Assembly (NCBI RefSeq): GCF_902713615.1 | Contig: NC_052146.1 | Coordinates: forward strand, 130,737,875-130,801,874 | Reading direction: 5' to 3' | DNA from: Scyliorhinus canicula | Lineage: Eukaryota | DNA: 64,000 nucleotides | In this document: in pieces, positions 13,269 through 26,840 of the stretch | Position numbering within the stretch: position 1 is the stretch's first letter | Layout of the letters: each line of letters starts with the position of its first letter | The notes under the pieces: generated by a model | Told to the model about the DNA's origin: nothing | Databases searched by the model: none | The model's input: only the letters and a program-made list of their open reading frames with translations | Translations under genes and position numbers: made by a program

Positions 13269-15295
13269 GTCCATCTCCCTTTGGAAGTCCGAGACCCCGT
13301 TGGTGACGCTGAATGGAACCCTAAGAAAATGGTAGAGGCGGCCATCTGCCTCGAAGGCAGTGTATGGGCGGTCTGCCTTATGGATGGGGAGCTGGTGGTA
13401 GGCGGATTTTAGGTCTACAGTTGAGAAGACCCGGTACCGTGCAATCTGATTGACCATATCAGATATGCATGGGAGGGGGTACGTGCCGAGCTGCGTGTAC
13501 CAATTGATGGTCTGGCTGTAGTCCACGACCATTCAATGTTTCTCCCCAGTTTTCACCACTACTACTGGGCCCTCCAGGGGCTTTTGCTGGCCTCAGTGAT
13601 GCCTTCCCGAAGCAGCCGCTGGACCTCGGACCTGATGAAGGTCCTGTCCTGGGTGCTGTACCGTCTGCTCCTGGTGGCGACAGGTTTGCAATCCAGGGTA
13701 AGGTTTGCGAATAGGGAAGGTGGGTCGTCCTTTAGTGTCGCGAGGCCGCACGCAGTAAGGGGTAGTAGGGGCCCGCCGAATTTCAATGTTAGGCTCTGGA
13801 TGTTACACTGGAAGTCCAGGTCGAGTAGCAGGGCAGCGCAGAGGTTGGGGAGGACGTAGAGGCGGAAGCCGCTGAATTCTATGCCCTGGATCGTGAGTGT
13901 GGCTATACAGTACCGCCGGATCACCACGGAGTGGGACCCAGAGGCCAAGGAGATTCTCTGATTGGCGGGATGTACCGCGAGGGAGCAGCGCCTTACTGTA
14001 TCGGGATGAGTGAAGCTTTCGGTGCTCCCGGAGTCCAGCAGACAGGATATGTCATGCCCATCGATCTTCACGCTTGTCGAGGTGGTGGCTAGATTGTGCG
14101 GCCGAGACTGGTCAATCGTGACCGAGGTGAGTCGCGGCTGGTCGTCGCTGGTGTCGGACGATGGGGTGCCCGGGAGGCACGGGTCCTGGTACGATGGTGG
14201 CGCCCATGTGCCGTGGGGAGACAAGAGGTGGACAAGATGGCGGCGCCCACGGGCCGCATGTGGCGGGGGTTGAAAGAGATGGCGGCGTCCATGGGCCACA
14301 CTTGGTCTGAGGAGGGGACGATGGTGGCGCCCACTGGCTGCACGTGGTCCGAGGAGGGGAAGATGGCGATGCCCACTGTCAGTACGTGGGGGGGGGGGGG
14401 GGGGGGGGGGGGAGTTCGGGGTGATAGCGGCGACTGAGCGGGTCTGGCACACCGTGGCAAAGTGCCCCTTCTTGCCACAGGCCTTGCAAAGGGCGCTGCG
14501 GGCCGGGCAGCATTGGCAGGGATATTTTTGCTGCCCACAGAAGTAATATCTGGGGCCCCCAGGGTTGGCTGGCTAGCGCGTGGCACAGGTGTATGATTGG
14601 CTGAGTGGGGTCCCCGGTGGGGCGGCCGTATGCGGAGTCCACGATGTGTAGGAGGAGTGGGCCGCGTGGCTGGGGGTGTAGGCCTGGATATTGCACGAGG
14701 CGAGTGTCATCGATAGCGCCAGCTTTTTGGTTTCCGTGAGGTCGAGCGTGGCCTCCTCTAAAAGTTGCTGGCAGATGTGGTTGACCCTATCCCCGTGACG
14801 AAAGCGTCCCGCATGAGGGGGTTCGAATGTTCCGTGGCCGTGACGGCCTGACAGTCACAGTCTCTGACCAGGGGAATTAAAGATCGCCAGAAATCTACGG
14901 ACTGACCAGCGAGCTGACTACGAGTAGAAAGTATGTATCTGGCGAAGAGCGTGTTCGTCCGCTGGGCGTAGTTCCCTTTCAGTAGCGCCATGGCTTCATC
15001 GTAGGTTGGCGCGTCCTGGATAAGCGGAAAAACTTTGGATCTCAGCCGCGAGTAGAGGATCTGGATCTTCTGAGCTTCCGGAATTGGGTCTGGTGCAGAC
15101 CTGATGTAAGCTTCGAAACAAGCTAGCCAATGTTCAAAGTCCTTTTTGGCATTGCTTGATTGCGGATCCAGCTGCAGGCGATCCGTCTTGATGCGGAGGT
15201 CTGTCTTCTGAAAACTTTAGTGGAATAAATTGATGCACGATCAATTACACAAAGACGAGAGTTGAATACAACTGAGGCTTTATTACACTAAGATG

Positions 15296-15514
15296 AAAAT
15301 GAAAAAATGAAAAATGAAAATCGCTTATTGTCACGAGTAGGCTTCAATGAAGTTACTGTGAAAAGCCCCTAGTCGCCACATTATGGCGCTTGTCCGGGGA
15401 GGCTGGTACGGGAATCAAACCGTGCTGCTGGCCTGCTTGGTCTGCTTTAAAAGCCAGCGATTTAGCTGAGTGAGCTAAACCAGCCCCTAGTGAGCTAAAC
15501 CGGCTCCTGTGGTT
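15296..15514 (-). mobile_element. Same tRNA(Lys)-like SINE, inserted in the 5' LTR of family B
   Basis: Reverse complement of the 13085-13268 family; absent from the partner LTR. Confidence 0.85.
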
Positions 15515-17499
15515 TGTGTGGCCTCCTACAGCAGCTGGCGAAATGGCTGCTATACGGGGAGCACACATATCTATACTCCACCTACTGGGCGGAGCCAGCA
15601 GGCAGGGACTACCCCCGTACCTGTAGTACTGGACCTTACCACACCTCTCCTAATATATACAACAGTGGTGTTTACCACAGGGAGGAAACTGGAGCACCCG
15701 GAGGAAACACACACAGGCACGAGTGTGAAAGTGCAAATTCCACACAGACAGTCACCCAAGGCCAGAATTGAAATGGGTCCCCGGTGCTGTGAGACAACAG
15801 TAATCACCATGTTAGCACTGTGTTGCCCATAATATTTATCTGATATTAATATTTATCCTTCTAACAACATCACTAAAGCAGATTATCTTGTTAATATCTC
15901 GTTATTTTTGGGAGTTTGCTGTGTATAAATGAAATGCAATGTAACAGTGGCTACATTTAAAAAGCATTTTGTTGGCTATAAAGCAACTTGCTAATCTCTG
16001 AGGCTATGAATGGTGCTATGTTAATGCAATGCATTCTTCTTTCACCAGTTTACAATGTCATCAGTATTAGTTGAATTTCTGCTTTTTAATCCATTTCCTG
16101 TCCAGTTCGATATTCTCTAACTTTCTCTCAACAATTAATAATTGCTTCAGGGTTTCGCTGGCAGATGTTCCTTATGCTCAGGTTAAAATATGGCTTCCAA
16201 CATGTTACTACTATTTCTAGACCCCATAAAAATGAAAGTGCCATGATGTTTTTTTTTCAGGGCATTGTGAGAGGACTAAATCCTATGCAGTTCTGTAGGG
16301 TAGAATTAAGGGCCCGCAGAAACCTCTCCAAGATCAATGCATGGACAGCTTTGATCTCAGAACGTGCTCCTTTTGATTCCAGCTCTCAAAGTGTCTGCCT
16401 TGTCTCCTGAGAGTTCTGGAATCAAGCCTTTTCTTTAATCTCCCCATCATTAGTGCTGCTTACACAGGAAGTTGACACTTCCCAAAGACCTCTGGGACTT
16501 TTGCTCTCGGGCTGAATTCTAAGGTTTGCACATCCACTGAAATTTCTTAACCATTTTCTACTTTCTCTTGCTGTTATATAAAAACATCCCGCACCCTGTG
16601 TCCTAGAACCAATTCCATTTTAACCTAAACATCTTTTATATTTAAATAGTATTTGCTAACCAATGCTTCGTTTTGCTCTCTTGCACTTAACAATTTGTAA
16701 TATATTAATGGAATCAAATATATTGCTTCTGAGGAAAGAAATAGGAATGAAATGAAAGGCATTTAGATTCTGTACATCAGTGGGAATCTCATATGGCTTT
16801 TATTGATGTATTTATTTATTCATGTTTTCCCTTTGTTTTTCAGTCCTGCTGCTCTGCGTGGAGTGGAGGAATAAAGTGAATGACAAATTCTGTGGCATTT
16901 TTTAAGCGCTGGTTGAAATAAACAGGTTCGCAACTTCATTTAAAATAAATGTCTAGGCATTTTACAAAAATGCATTAAGAGCTTTGCTAAAATTAGCGCT
17001 GAGGCATATTAGTCACCAGAGAGGCTAGTGGACTCCCTGGTGGTGGGAGGATATCTGCAAGTTACAACGTGATATTGTGAATAAAAATACATCCAAACTC
17101 TTTTTTTTAAGCTATCTTTCAAAATCTGCCAGGAATTAAAACTGTAACAGTGACAGACACAAAAAAGCCAATCAGTTATAAAGAGCTTGCATCGAAATTG
17201 GAAGGTAGTCAAACCATCAGTAATTGCCAACCCTTATCAAGGCACTAAGTGTTGTCAATGATCAAGAACCCTCAAAAATCAATCAGCGGTGCTCTGGGGG
17301 AATAAAGGATACTCCACAGTACGGAAGTTGTAATGAAGGTTATTGAAAACCAAGGAAAAGCCTTGGGGGACAAAAAGGAACAGTTTCTGTAGGGAAAACT
17401 AAGTTGCCTTATCACATTGGAAAGAACTGCACACCGATTGGTCAACAGATCAGTGAGGATAATACATCTGAGCTCTCTTGGGCCTAGCACTGCATTTAT

Positions 17500-17812
17500 A
17501 TTATCTGTACTATCACTCTCACTCAGGTATGTACAGAATTGTAAGTCGCAAGGCCTCCTGTTACATTGTTTGACTCCATACCTCCCCCCCTCCGACATTG
17601 ATGGCCCAACCAACTCTTGGAACTCTTCTGTGAAGTCTCTTCACCTCACTAACCTCTCTCGCCACCTTCAAAAGCATCTTTAAAATGGACGTCTTTACCA
17701 TGCTTTCAGTGACTTACCCCAACCTATTACCTGCTTGGTGTCTGGCTCTTCACCTGTAAAGCACCTTGGGACATTTCAATGCTTGGAAAGGGTAACATAA
17801 ATGTGAGTAGTT
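17500..17812 (+). mobile_element. Old L2-like LINE 3' end
   Basis: tggaactct...ttcaaaagcatctttaaaa...tgtaaagcaccttgggacatt...ataaatgtgagt resembles L2-type tails; very diverged. Confidence 0.35.
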
Positions 17813-18250
17813 GTATCCACTACAGTAAAATGGCTGCAGAACCTAATATAATTAAATATTATTGGTTGTCTGAAGGTAGTTCAGTAGCTATCACCTGATG
17901 CTGAATAGGAACGGTCACTTTTGGAGATGGCCCCAGCTATGTTTCAGTATCTATGTTGGGTATGTCTTTTGTCTTTCACTATGCATGGGTTACATGATAT
18001 TTTAGTGTGAAATATCAAACTAAGTTCAGATTGAAATTGCCCAGAATCAAGTCTGTCATAACATAAGATTCAAACTGTAAAATTTAATAGAACAATAATT
18101 TTTGAATGAAACAATCACGCGTTGGAAATTACATACATACAAATTAGGAGCAGGAGTAGGCCACTCGGCCCCTCGAGCCTGCTGTGCCATTCAGTAAGAT
18201 CATGGCCGACCTGAATGTAACCCCAAACTCACATTCCTCCTGTCCCCGAT

Positions 18251-18815
18251 AACATAGAACATAGAACATATGGTGCAGAAGGAGGCCATTCGGCCCATCG
18301 AGTCTGCACCGACCCACTGAAGCCCTCACTTCCACCCTATCCCCGTAACCCACCAACCCCATCTAACCTTTTTTGACACTAAGGGCAATTTAGCATGGCC
18401 GATCCACCTAACTTGCACGTGTTTGGACTGTGGGAGGAAACTGGAGCACCCGGTGTGGTAAACCACTGTTAGTATATTATATGTATTGTGGTAAACTGTT
18501 ACTGTATTACATGTATTGTGGTAAACCACTGCCTGATGGCTCCGCCTCCCCTCAGGCTCGGTATAAAGGTGGCCGACCTCCGGCCCTGCCCCAGTTCGGG
18601 ATCAGAGGCCAGGAGGCTTTCTGTTTAATTTATTAAAGCCTCAGTTTTGTTCACTACTCGTCTTGTGTTGATTGATGGCACATCACGGAGGAAACCCACG
18701 CAGACACGGGGAGAACGTGCAGACTCCACACAGACAGTGATGCAGCGGGGAATCAAACCTGGGACACTGGCGCTGTGAAGCCACAGTGCTATCCACTTGT
18801 GCTACCGGGCTGCCC
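18251..18815 (-). mobile_element. HE1-type SINE split by a solo LTR
   Basis: (catagaa)n tail at 18251, V core interrupted at gagcacccgg|, head ends ...gctgccc near 18815. Confidence 0.85.
18454..18685 (+). mobile_element. Solo LTR of the Mag-like lineage
   Basis: TGTGGTAAACCACTG...GGCACATCA; TATAAA, ATTAAAGCC; threefold tgtggtaaa repeat in U3; flanking duplication reduced to CGG. Confidence 0.85.
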
Positions 18816-19777
18816 ACTAACCTTTCACCCCTTTGCAGAAAATGGGTACCAACACAAGATGGCTGCTGACAATGCTTCCACGTACTTATCGGCCCATGTG
18901 CAGAAGTCAATGATGCCATTTGCAGGAGACACCAGTCCATCCTCATAAATGGCAATAGCTTATTTTTGGCAGGCTTCAAACTTCTAATAATTAATCTTAT
19001 TTCATTGCCCATGTATCCCCAGAATGATTTACACCACAAAAAATAACGCACCCAGGTGGACCATTCCTCTGAGCTAATTAACTGCCTGATGTGAAACTTC
19101 AAGCAATTGCACATTTCCTCAGCCCTGGGGTGAGTGGGGACTCAGGACACTGTTCACTGTCTCTCCTGCTTTCTCTCGCTCCCCAGCCATTTCTTTTGAT
19201 ATTTGATCTTTTAATAAATTTCCAAAAAGACACCAACACAATGTGTCATTTTAATTGGGGTTTGAGGATGAGCGGACGGAATGGTTCCATTTGCCACTTT
19301 CTCTTTCCAGCCCTGTCTGTGAAGTTTGCGGTAAACTGTCGATGGAGCACATTGTTAAACATGTTAACATGATGCTGCTAGGCCTGTAATATTGGCAATT
19401 CCAGGGTAGTGATGACTGTATATGCCCTACTGCAAATTCCCTACTATAAAGATGGTGGCCATGCATACAACTATGCATGAGCAGTCTTGGCAGCACATGG
19501 ATGCATTGAAAACTTGCAATTCAATGAGTCTCAGCAGACTCATGGTCAGGCAGAGTATTGTAGTTTATTTGACTCTGATTAGCTATCACTGTGAGGCAAT
19601 AAGATGTGTTAAACTCTTTGCATTAATTTGATCAGTAAATAGCAATGATGCATTGCAGCATGCAGCCAACTGTGTTTGACTAATTTTAAATTCTCTGTCT
19701 TAAAGAGTCATTACATTTGTTCTTAAGCTACTGTGCATTCTTATTGTGTTAGTGAGCACTCTTAATGTACAAACATA

Positions 19778-22476
19778 GGGCACGATTCTCTGGAAAGATT
19801 TCTACTTGGTGTAATGAACAGGAATTGATGCGAGCTTTCCAGTGCTCGGCCCAGCGAGGCCGGCAATGCTATTCAATGTTAATTGGTCCACTTAATGAGG
19901 CCTCATGGGCTTCTCGCCGCAAATGAAGGCTTGCCAGCTGATTTGCCGGCACTGCACTTGCCAGCCCCCCCCCCCCCCCCCCCCCCCCGCCCGCACTAAT
20001 AAGGTCGAGCAGCACTTAAGTTGCACTTGCTCAGCCAACCCAAGCCAGATCACAATGATGGTGCCCAGAAAACCAGCCCCAAGGCTCGGGACACTGACCT
20101 GTGGAGGGTGCTAGATGCTTTGGAGGCCAGGAGAGATGCCCTATTCCCCCGAGGGTCCAGGAGGGTCAGCTACAAGGCAGCCTGGGATGAGGTAGCCATC
20201 CCACCACTATGAGCCACGTGTGTGGCTAGCGATGCCCCCTTTGTGTGTCTCCTCAGTTAAGTTCTCCCACAATCGCCGGGAGAGGGTCCAACTGTGTGCC
20301 AGATGTGCCAGATATCAGGATCCTCACCACCTTCAAGGAGCATGCCCTGAATGTGACCAGTGTGGCCGAGAACAGGGCATTCACCAATACGGAGGCTGGC
20401 GGACGCCGCAGAGATGAGGAACCACCGAGGAGGACCTGTCAAACGTGAGTTGTTATTGCCTTAATGACTGACCCATTCTCCCATAGTTCCTCCAGCCGAC
20501 AGCGCCGGCCCATCCCAGGTGGCACCCTCTCCAGTTTCCCATGAGACCACCTTGGAGGAGAGCTCTGAGGATGCCACCATACTAGCCACACCACAGCTGT
20601 CATCCCCGCCCTCCAACGACGCAGATACATGCTCAGTGGGAAATGTTAGTGGTCGGGCTTCCGGGGCACAAGCTGGTGAGCACCACACTGCTACTGATGT
20701 ACAGGTGAAAGCAGGAATCCCCAGGCGAGGCAACAGTCGGAGGTCTTGTGGTTGCTAGGACCCAGCTGGGTCCCAGGCTGACGCTGTGCCTCTGGAAGAG
20801 GACATCCAGCAACTATTGGAGATGTTAGGGTGAGGCTGGGACATTCAGATGGAGCAGTCAGTGACACTCCAGCAGATACATAGCCGCTTGGAGGAGTCCC
20901 AGAAGCTACGGGCAACATCTCGTTGCCGGTGATCCGTGGCACAGAGGCCAACACTGCTAGGATGGCGACCAAAGTTGTGAGCCTGGTGCACGACGTCGGC
21001 GCCATTAGTGAAGGTGTCCAAGATGTGTGCAGTCAGTGATAGCCATAGCTGAGGGTCTCGGCAGATGTCTGTCTCTCCGGGGGTTGTCACCCAGCACCAG
21101 GCTGATCTTGATGAGTTTCTTCGGGACATGCCCCGTTCTCAGGTGGGCATGGCCAAGGCGCTGCGGAGCTTGTCCCGGTCGCATTTGGGCATTGTCGCGG
21201 TACTGCAGAACATGTACGAGTCACTGAGATGGTGCAGACCTAGGGGAACTGCCGGTCCTGGCCGAGCCAGATAACGCAGGGGCAGACGGGGCTCAAACTA
21301 ACTGCCCTCCGTCCCTAGGTGAACCCCATGGCCCTGTGGGCAACGACCGGGAGGAGGGGGTGCTGGTTGCCAACTTGGACCGGTCCCATAGAATGACCAC
21401 CAGCTCCCCTGAGTTCCACCCCTCTGATGAGGCCATGTCTCACAGACAGTATCCGGAACAGGATGACACTGCTGTGCGTGCCGCTGACAAGTGAGCCGGA
21501 AGCCTTTGGCCCCAGAAACCCCAGAGTCCACATTCTTCCGCAATGCGGGCTGACCTCCGAACCCTTGGCCCATCTCTCCAGACATCTCCCCCTCCCCGTG
21601 GCACTCACCCACCTTTCGGCCGTGGACATGTCCCCGGAGCTGTGTCCCACCCCCTGGGTGTTCAGATGTTGGTTGCTGCATGTGTGGTGTTGCCTCCCAC
21701 AGTGTTCAAGCACAGTGTCCCGGCATCAAGGTGTGATTATGATACTCGGCAATGAGCTGCACATGCTATGTGACCCGCCTACGCATCAGAATCTACTTGG
21801 GTTGTGTGAAGTGCTCATCTAACCACGATTGCCAATTCCCGATTAGTAATAGCCTTCAACCACATAGCCAGGGATCTCGGTAGTCGGTGGGGGTTATGGC
21901 TGGTCAGTGGGGCAGCCGGGCAGGGACAAGGGTTGCCCCAGGAACGGGTACACATGATCCAGGATATGGCAAGGTGGTGCCGCGCGCAGTTGAACCCCCC
22001 CCCCTCCCAGTTGCCCCCCCCCCAACCCTGCGATGGCGGCCCGCCCCGGCAGAGGATTCCCCACCCCAGGCGAGAGTCCCCCACCCCCCACTGAACATTG
22101 GGGGTGGCAGGTACTGCTCTGTGCCTATGAGCAAAGATGACAACACACCTCCTCGGCTGCCCGCAGAAGCCCTTCCGCCAGGTTCATGTTTTTCAAAAGG
22201 AGTACTAATCGGCACCAGCCTGGCCACTTTTTGGGGAGGCCGCTGATTGACAGGGGGCCATTGGATAAGGGGTGGCTCACGTTAATTGTATGGAAATAGC
22301 GCTTAAGTGGTGATAATTGTTTCTCTATGGCAAGATCCCAATTTCACCTACAGGAGCGGACCGGTTACATCACAAACTGTTTGGTGCTTGGTGCGGTTCT
22401 CATTTTTGGCCTCTCCCGTATTCACCAGCCTCGGTTTGCTTGAGTGAGAACGCAGCGAGGCCGGAGAATAGCGCCC
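19778..22476 (+). mobile_element. PIF/Harbinger-type DNA transposon, non-autonomous, with decayed Myb/SANT (NAIF1/MSANTD-like) gene
   Basis: TIRs GGGCACGATTCTC / GAGAATAGCGCCC, 3-bp flanks ATA/TTA; peptides PRKPAPRLG..DLWRVLDALEARRDALFP..AWDEVA and HNRRER..PDIRILT; splice-like sites. Confidence 0.8.
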
Positions 22477-23287
22477 TTAGTGAGCTTCCATACCGTGGCT
22501 GTGTACATTGCTGGATGGCCGCGGAGTGGGAGAACTTGGTGTCAACTGGTATGGCACTCTCTATGACATATGGGCGTTACAGGGGCTGGGGTGCAACATC
22601 ATCCCTGGGAATTATGTTTTGGTTTAATTAGTTATGCTTCCTGTCACATTTTTGTTTTGCTTAAAATGCCCCACCAGAGGCTCTCACCCCCTCTTATTCA
22701 GAGATTTTTGTTTAATTTATTGATTTTTGTTTTCCTTAAAACGCATAATGTGCTTCCATTACGAATTTTCCAGAAACATTTCTTGTCAGATAGGGTTATC
22801 TTTGTGTGGTTGGATATAAACAAGCACAAGGAAGATATAAATGAAAACTGGACCTTGAATGTGGTTCTTTTGAACATATTTCCATGAAAGCTAGTATAGA
22901 TCATTTGAAATTCCAATGGTTGCAAGGCAGAGCTGATAATTCATGTGATGCACTATTCTGAATCAAAAAAATCCGATGGTTTGCTTGGTGTCTTTTGATC
23001 TTTAAAAGATAGACCTTTGCAGGCTTACACTTAAAAAGGCCCATTGTTGTTTGTTGACAAGCCAGTTAACCAGTTGAGTGTTTATTGTTTCATATGACCA
23101 TATTTTAATTTGATTAGACTGACAAGGTGTAATCATATAATTGTAATGGGGAACAGCACTGTTGAGCGTCAGATGAAATTCATACTGCAAATGCTCTCAA
23201 CTCTTCTTCAAAGAATTGTTTTCGCTTCTCTTCTACTTCCCTGTTTACTTCTTTCCAAAATGACCTCACCGAACCATAAATGTCTCA

Positions 23288-23395
23288 AATGAAATGAAAA
23301 TCGCTTATTGTCACGAGTAGGCTTCAATGAAATTACTGTGAAAAGCCCCTAGTCGCCACATTCCGGCGCCTGTCCGGGGAGGCTGGAACGGGAAT
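23288..23395 (-). mobile_element. 5'-truncated SINE with Rex1-type tail
   Basis: aatgaaatgaaaatcgcttattgtcacgagtaggcttcaatgaa matches the 15296 copy. Confidence 0.8.
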
Positions 23396-24309
23396 GGTAT
23401 AACTTATAACAAGTTTCCAGTTGGTAACTCGCACAAACAGGTGAGGAAGATGGGATGGCTTCCCTCTTTTCCCAATCCTCGTTTAACCGCAACAGTATTT
23501 GTAAAAAAAGAGTTTGTGCTTGCTAATTCAACAAGTTTTTAACTATGGCTGTTGCGCTTTTTTTTTAGCATGTCTTCACGCACACACATTTTTCCTTTTG
23601 AAGAATGGTGGAAGGATTCCTGAGCTGATTGAATCAGGTTGTGAATGCTCCTTTCGTGGCCAACTAGTCCTGGCGCTGGACTTAAACCCAGAGCTTCTAG
23701 TCCGAAGATTGGGATGCTAATACTGTGCCCCAAGAGCTCACCCATTGTGCTGAAACTATTAAAGACACAAGCAAACAGGTTTCTTTATGTTTTAAAGAAA
23801 GATACAATAGTATTTATTGTACATAACTTGGCCTAAAATATTCCATTTCACATACACACACGCACACTCAAAGTTTACACACGCACAAATAGATTACAGC
23901 GTGGGAGGTTAGATGAAGCACTTTAAAACCCAGTAAAGTAAATGGCTTTTTAAGGTTGTTGACTTGGTTGGCTTCTGGCTGAACTGAGTGGTCCTTCTGA
24001 ATTTGGCATTGATGTTGTTTAAAGATGTAGATGGACAATTCATATCTTGTTTTGAGAGCTGGCTGCAAGGTTGAGCTCCTTTTAACAATGGAGTACCTGC
24101 AAAATCAAAAACAGCAGACAGGGTTCAAAACTTGCAAGTTGCATGGAGAGGGAGAGTGATAGGCAGAGGGAGACCCACACAGGGATATTGCTTCTTCAGA
24201 ATCACATTTCCTTGTGCTGGGCTGCAGAGAAAAGAAGTGCTTAAACACAAGGGGTTAGTTGGCTTGATATATGACCCTCTAACTCAAACTTCCCAGATAT
24301 TCCAAATAT

Positions 24310-25170
24310 TTGATTTGATTTATTGTCACATGTACCGAAGTACAGTGAAAAGTATTTTTCTGTGGCCGAGAGAACGTACACAGTACGTACATAGTAGACA
24401 AAGAATAATCAACAGTGAACATTGACAAATGGTACATCGACAAACAGTGATTGGTTACAGTGCAGAACAAGAAGCCAAACCAAGCAAATACATGATCAAG
24501 AGCAGCATAGGGCATTGTGAATAGTGTTCTTACAGGAAACAGATCAATCCGAGGGGGAGTCGTTGAGGAGTCTAGTAGCTGTGGAGAAGAAGCTGTTCCT
24601 ATGTCTGGATGTGTGAGTCTTCAGACTTCTGTACCTTCTGCCTGATGGAAGGGCCTGGAAGAAGGCAATGCCTGGGTGGGAGGGGTCACTGATAATGCTG
24701 TCTGCCTTCCTGAGGCTGCGGGAGGTGTATCTAGAATCAATATGAGGGTGGCAAGCTTGTGTGATGTGTTGGACTGAGTTCACCACACTCTGCAGTTTCT
24801 TGCGATCTTGGACCGAGCAGTTGCCATACCAAGCTGTGATGCAGCTGGATAGGATGCTCTCTCTCGCATATCTGTAGAGGTTTATGAGAGTCGATGCAGA
24901 CATGCCGAATTTCTTTAGCTTCCGTAGGAAGTAGAGACATTGTTGGGCTTTATTGACTGTTGCGTCAACGTGAGTGGACCAGGACAGACTGTTGGTGATG
25001 GTGGCCTCCAGGAACTTAAAGCTATCGACCATCTCCACTTCAGAGCCATTGATGCAGATGGGATTGTGTGTCATGCTATGCTTCCTGAAGTCTTTGATCA
25101 GTTCCTGGGTCTTTCCAACATTTAGAGAGAGGTTGTTTTCGGTACACCATGCAACCAAGTGATAGCTCCC
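24310..25170 (-). mobile_element. Rex1/Babar LINE 3' fragment (RT C-terminus and tail)
   Basis: ORF 24544-25158 WCTENNLSLNVGKT...LPSGRRYRS...NSFFSTATRLLN; tail gtgacaataa(atcaa)n. Confidence 0.9.
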
Positions 25171-25247
25171 TCCTAGAGTCTGATGTAGTCCTGTAGTATG
25201 GTTGTGGTATGGTGGATTCCAGATGCTTGGCTCACATGATTAGATTA

Positions 25248-26840
25248 CGGGCATGACTCAACCAAAATAAAACAGTCTGTTCTTGCCGGACTAGCTAACT
25301 GGGGTGGGATTCTCCCCTATCCGGCTGGGTGGGGGGTCCCAGCAGGACGGAGTGGCGTGAACCACTCCGGCGTTGGGTCGCCCCAAAGGTGCGGAATCCT
25401 TCGCACCTTCAGGGGCTAGGCCCTCCCCGGAGTGGTTTGCGCCCCGCCGGTCGCCGGGAAAGGGGCTTGACGCCACACCAACTGGCGCCGAAGAGCCTTC
25501 ACCGGCCGGCGCGAGTCGGCGCCTATGCAGGAGCACCAGGGTGTGCTGGCGTCATCCCCGCGCATGCGCAGAGGGATTCGCTTCCACACCGGGAATGGTG
25601 GAGGACCACAGCCTCTGGTGCAGAAGGATAGAGTGCCTCCATGGCACAGGCCCACCCACGGATCGGTGGGCCCCGATCACGGGCCAGGCCGCCGTGGGGG
25701 CACCTCCCGGGGCCAGATCCCCACATGCCCCCCCAAGAACCCCAGTGCCTGCCCGCGCCGCCAGGTCCCGCCGGTAAGGGACCTACTCTAATTTACGCCG
25801 GCTGGACTGGCAACGAACGGGCCTATGGCGGGCCTGAGAATTCATGGAGGCCCGGGGCCCATTGAGTCGCGCCAGTCCCCGCCATTCTCCGAGGCGGGCA
25901 GCGCGACTCATGCCGGGACAATTTTTGGGGGCTGGGAGAATTTGGAGTACGGCGGGGGCGGGATTCATGCCGACTCCCGGAGATTCTCGGACCCGGCCGG
26001 GGGGGCGGCGGGGGGGGGGGGGGGGGGGGGGGTCTGTCTTGTTTCAATGCCCCGGTGGGGAACGCCTCTTGACACCGCACTTTAGCATCATTTCCTGTGC
26101 TGAAGAGCTCTGACGAGCGGAGCGATCCTCAGTGCAGCAAGAGATCGGGATACCATTTTTAAATGACATCCAGATCTCTCGATGCCCCAACCTCCCAACG
26201 GACCATCAACACAGCCCCAGACCCCCCAATGCACCAACTCATCTGTTGGGGTGTCCTCAGGCCCCCCTGCATCCCACCTCATACGGGAAGGCCACTCCCA
26301 GCCCTGATCCTCGGCACGGGCACAATGCCAGCTTGGCACCTTAGCACTGGCAGTCTGGCACCCTGGCAGTACCCCTGCCAGTCTAGCAGTGCCACCTGGG
26401 TACCCTGACACTGCCAGACTGGCACCCAGGTGATACTGTCAGGCTACCAGGCTAACAGTGCGAAGATGCCAGGTGGCATCAACAGTGCCAGGGCACCACC
26501 CTGCCCATGGCCGACCACCCAGCGGCCTCCGATCACCTGAAAGAACCCCCACAGATACCGTTCCGCCTGGTCCCAATTTGGGGATCCAGTGCTGAATGGC
26601 ACCCAGCTGTGGTCTCCTCGGTGGGGCTGATAGATGCCGATAGATTGATTTGGTGTCGGTACGGCTAAGTATGTTCTTAAATTCACTTAGCAGTACAAGA
26701 CTGGGTCCCATGGGCGGGATCCCGATCGCGATGTCCTGCGAGATCTGGTTAGATCTCGCGAGGCGTAACGGCTGTCAGGAATCCTGGGGAAGGCCTCTCT
26801 CAACACAACCGGCTGCATCCCACCCCAATTTCGTGGTCAG
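25248..26840 (+). mobile_element. Harbinger-type MITE with a second GC-rich MITE nested at ~25301-26030
   Basis: Starts gggcatgactcaacc and is homologous in reverse to 42480-43333 (gagatc.cgttagatctc); inner element starts ggggtgggattctccc. Confidence 0.55.

Larger units (their letters stand above)
10828..15679 (-). mobile_element. Full-length but decayed Gypsy (Mag-like) LTR retrotransposon, family B
   Basis: LTRs 10828-11054 and 15231-15679 (TG...CA), TSD GGGAG, PPT next to 11055; gag, protease LLDSGSTESF, RT STVDLKSAYHQ/HLDN, RNase H, integrase HSDRGSSF/GQVER; many frameshifts. Confidence 0.95.
10640..15829 (-). mobile_element. HE1-type SINE split by a Gypsy insertion (10640-10827 and 15680-15829)
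   Basis: Halves rejoin as ggactgtgggag|gaaactggagcacccggagg. Confidence 0.85.
10552..16045 (+). mobile_element. Ancient Deu-domain-type (SacSINE1-like) SINE split by younger insertions (head 10552-10638, tail ~15850-16045)
   Basis: Head ggctcaatggtaacattcttgcctcagaag...gttcaagtccc; tail gcagattatct...gggagtttgctgtg...ggctataaagc...aatgcattcttctttc resembles my recollection of the DeuSINE consensus; highly diverged. Confidence 0.45.
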
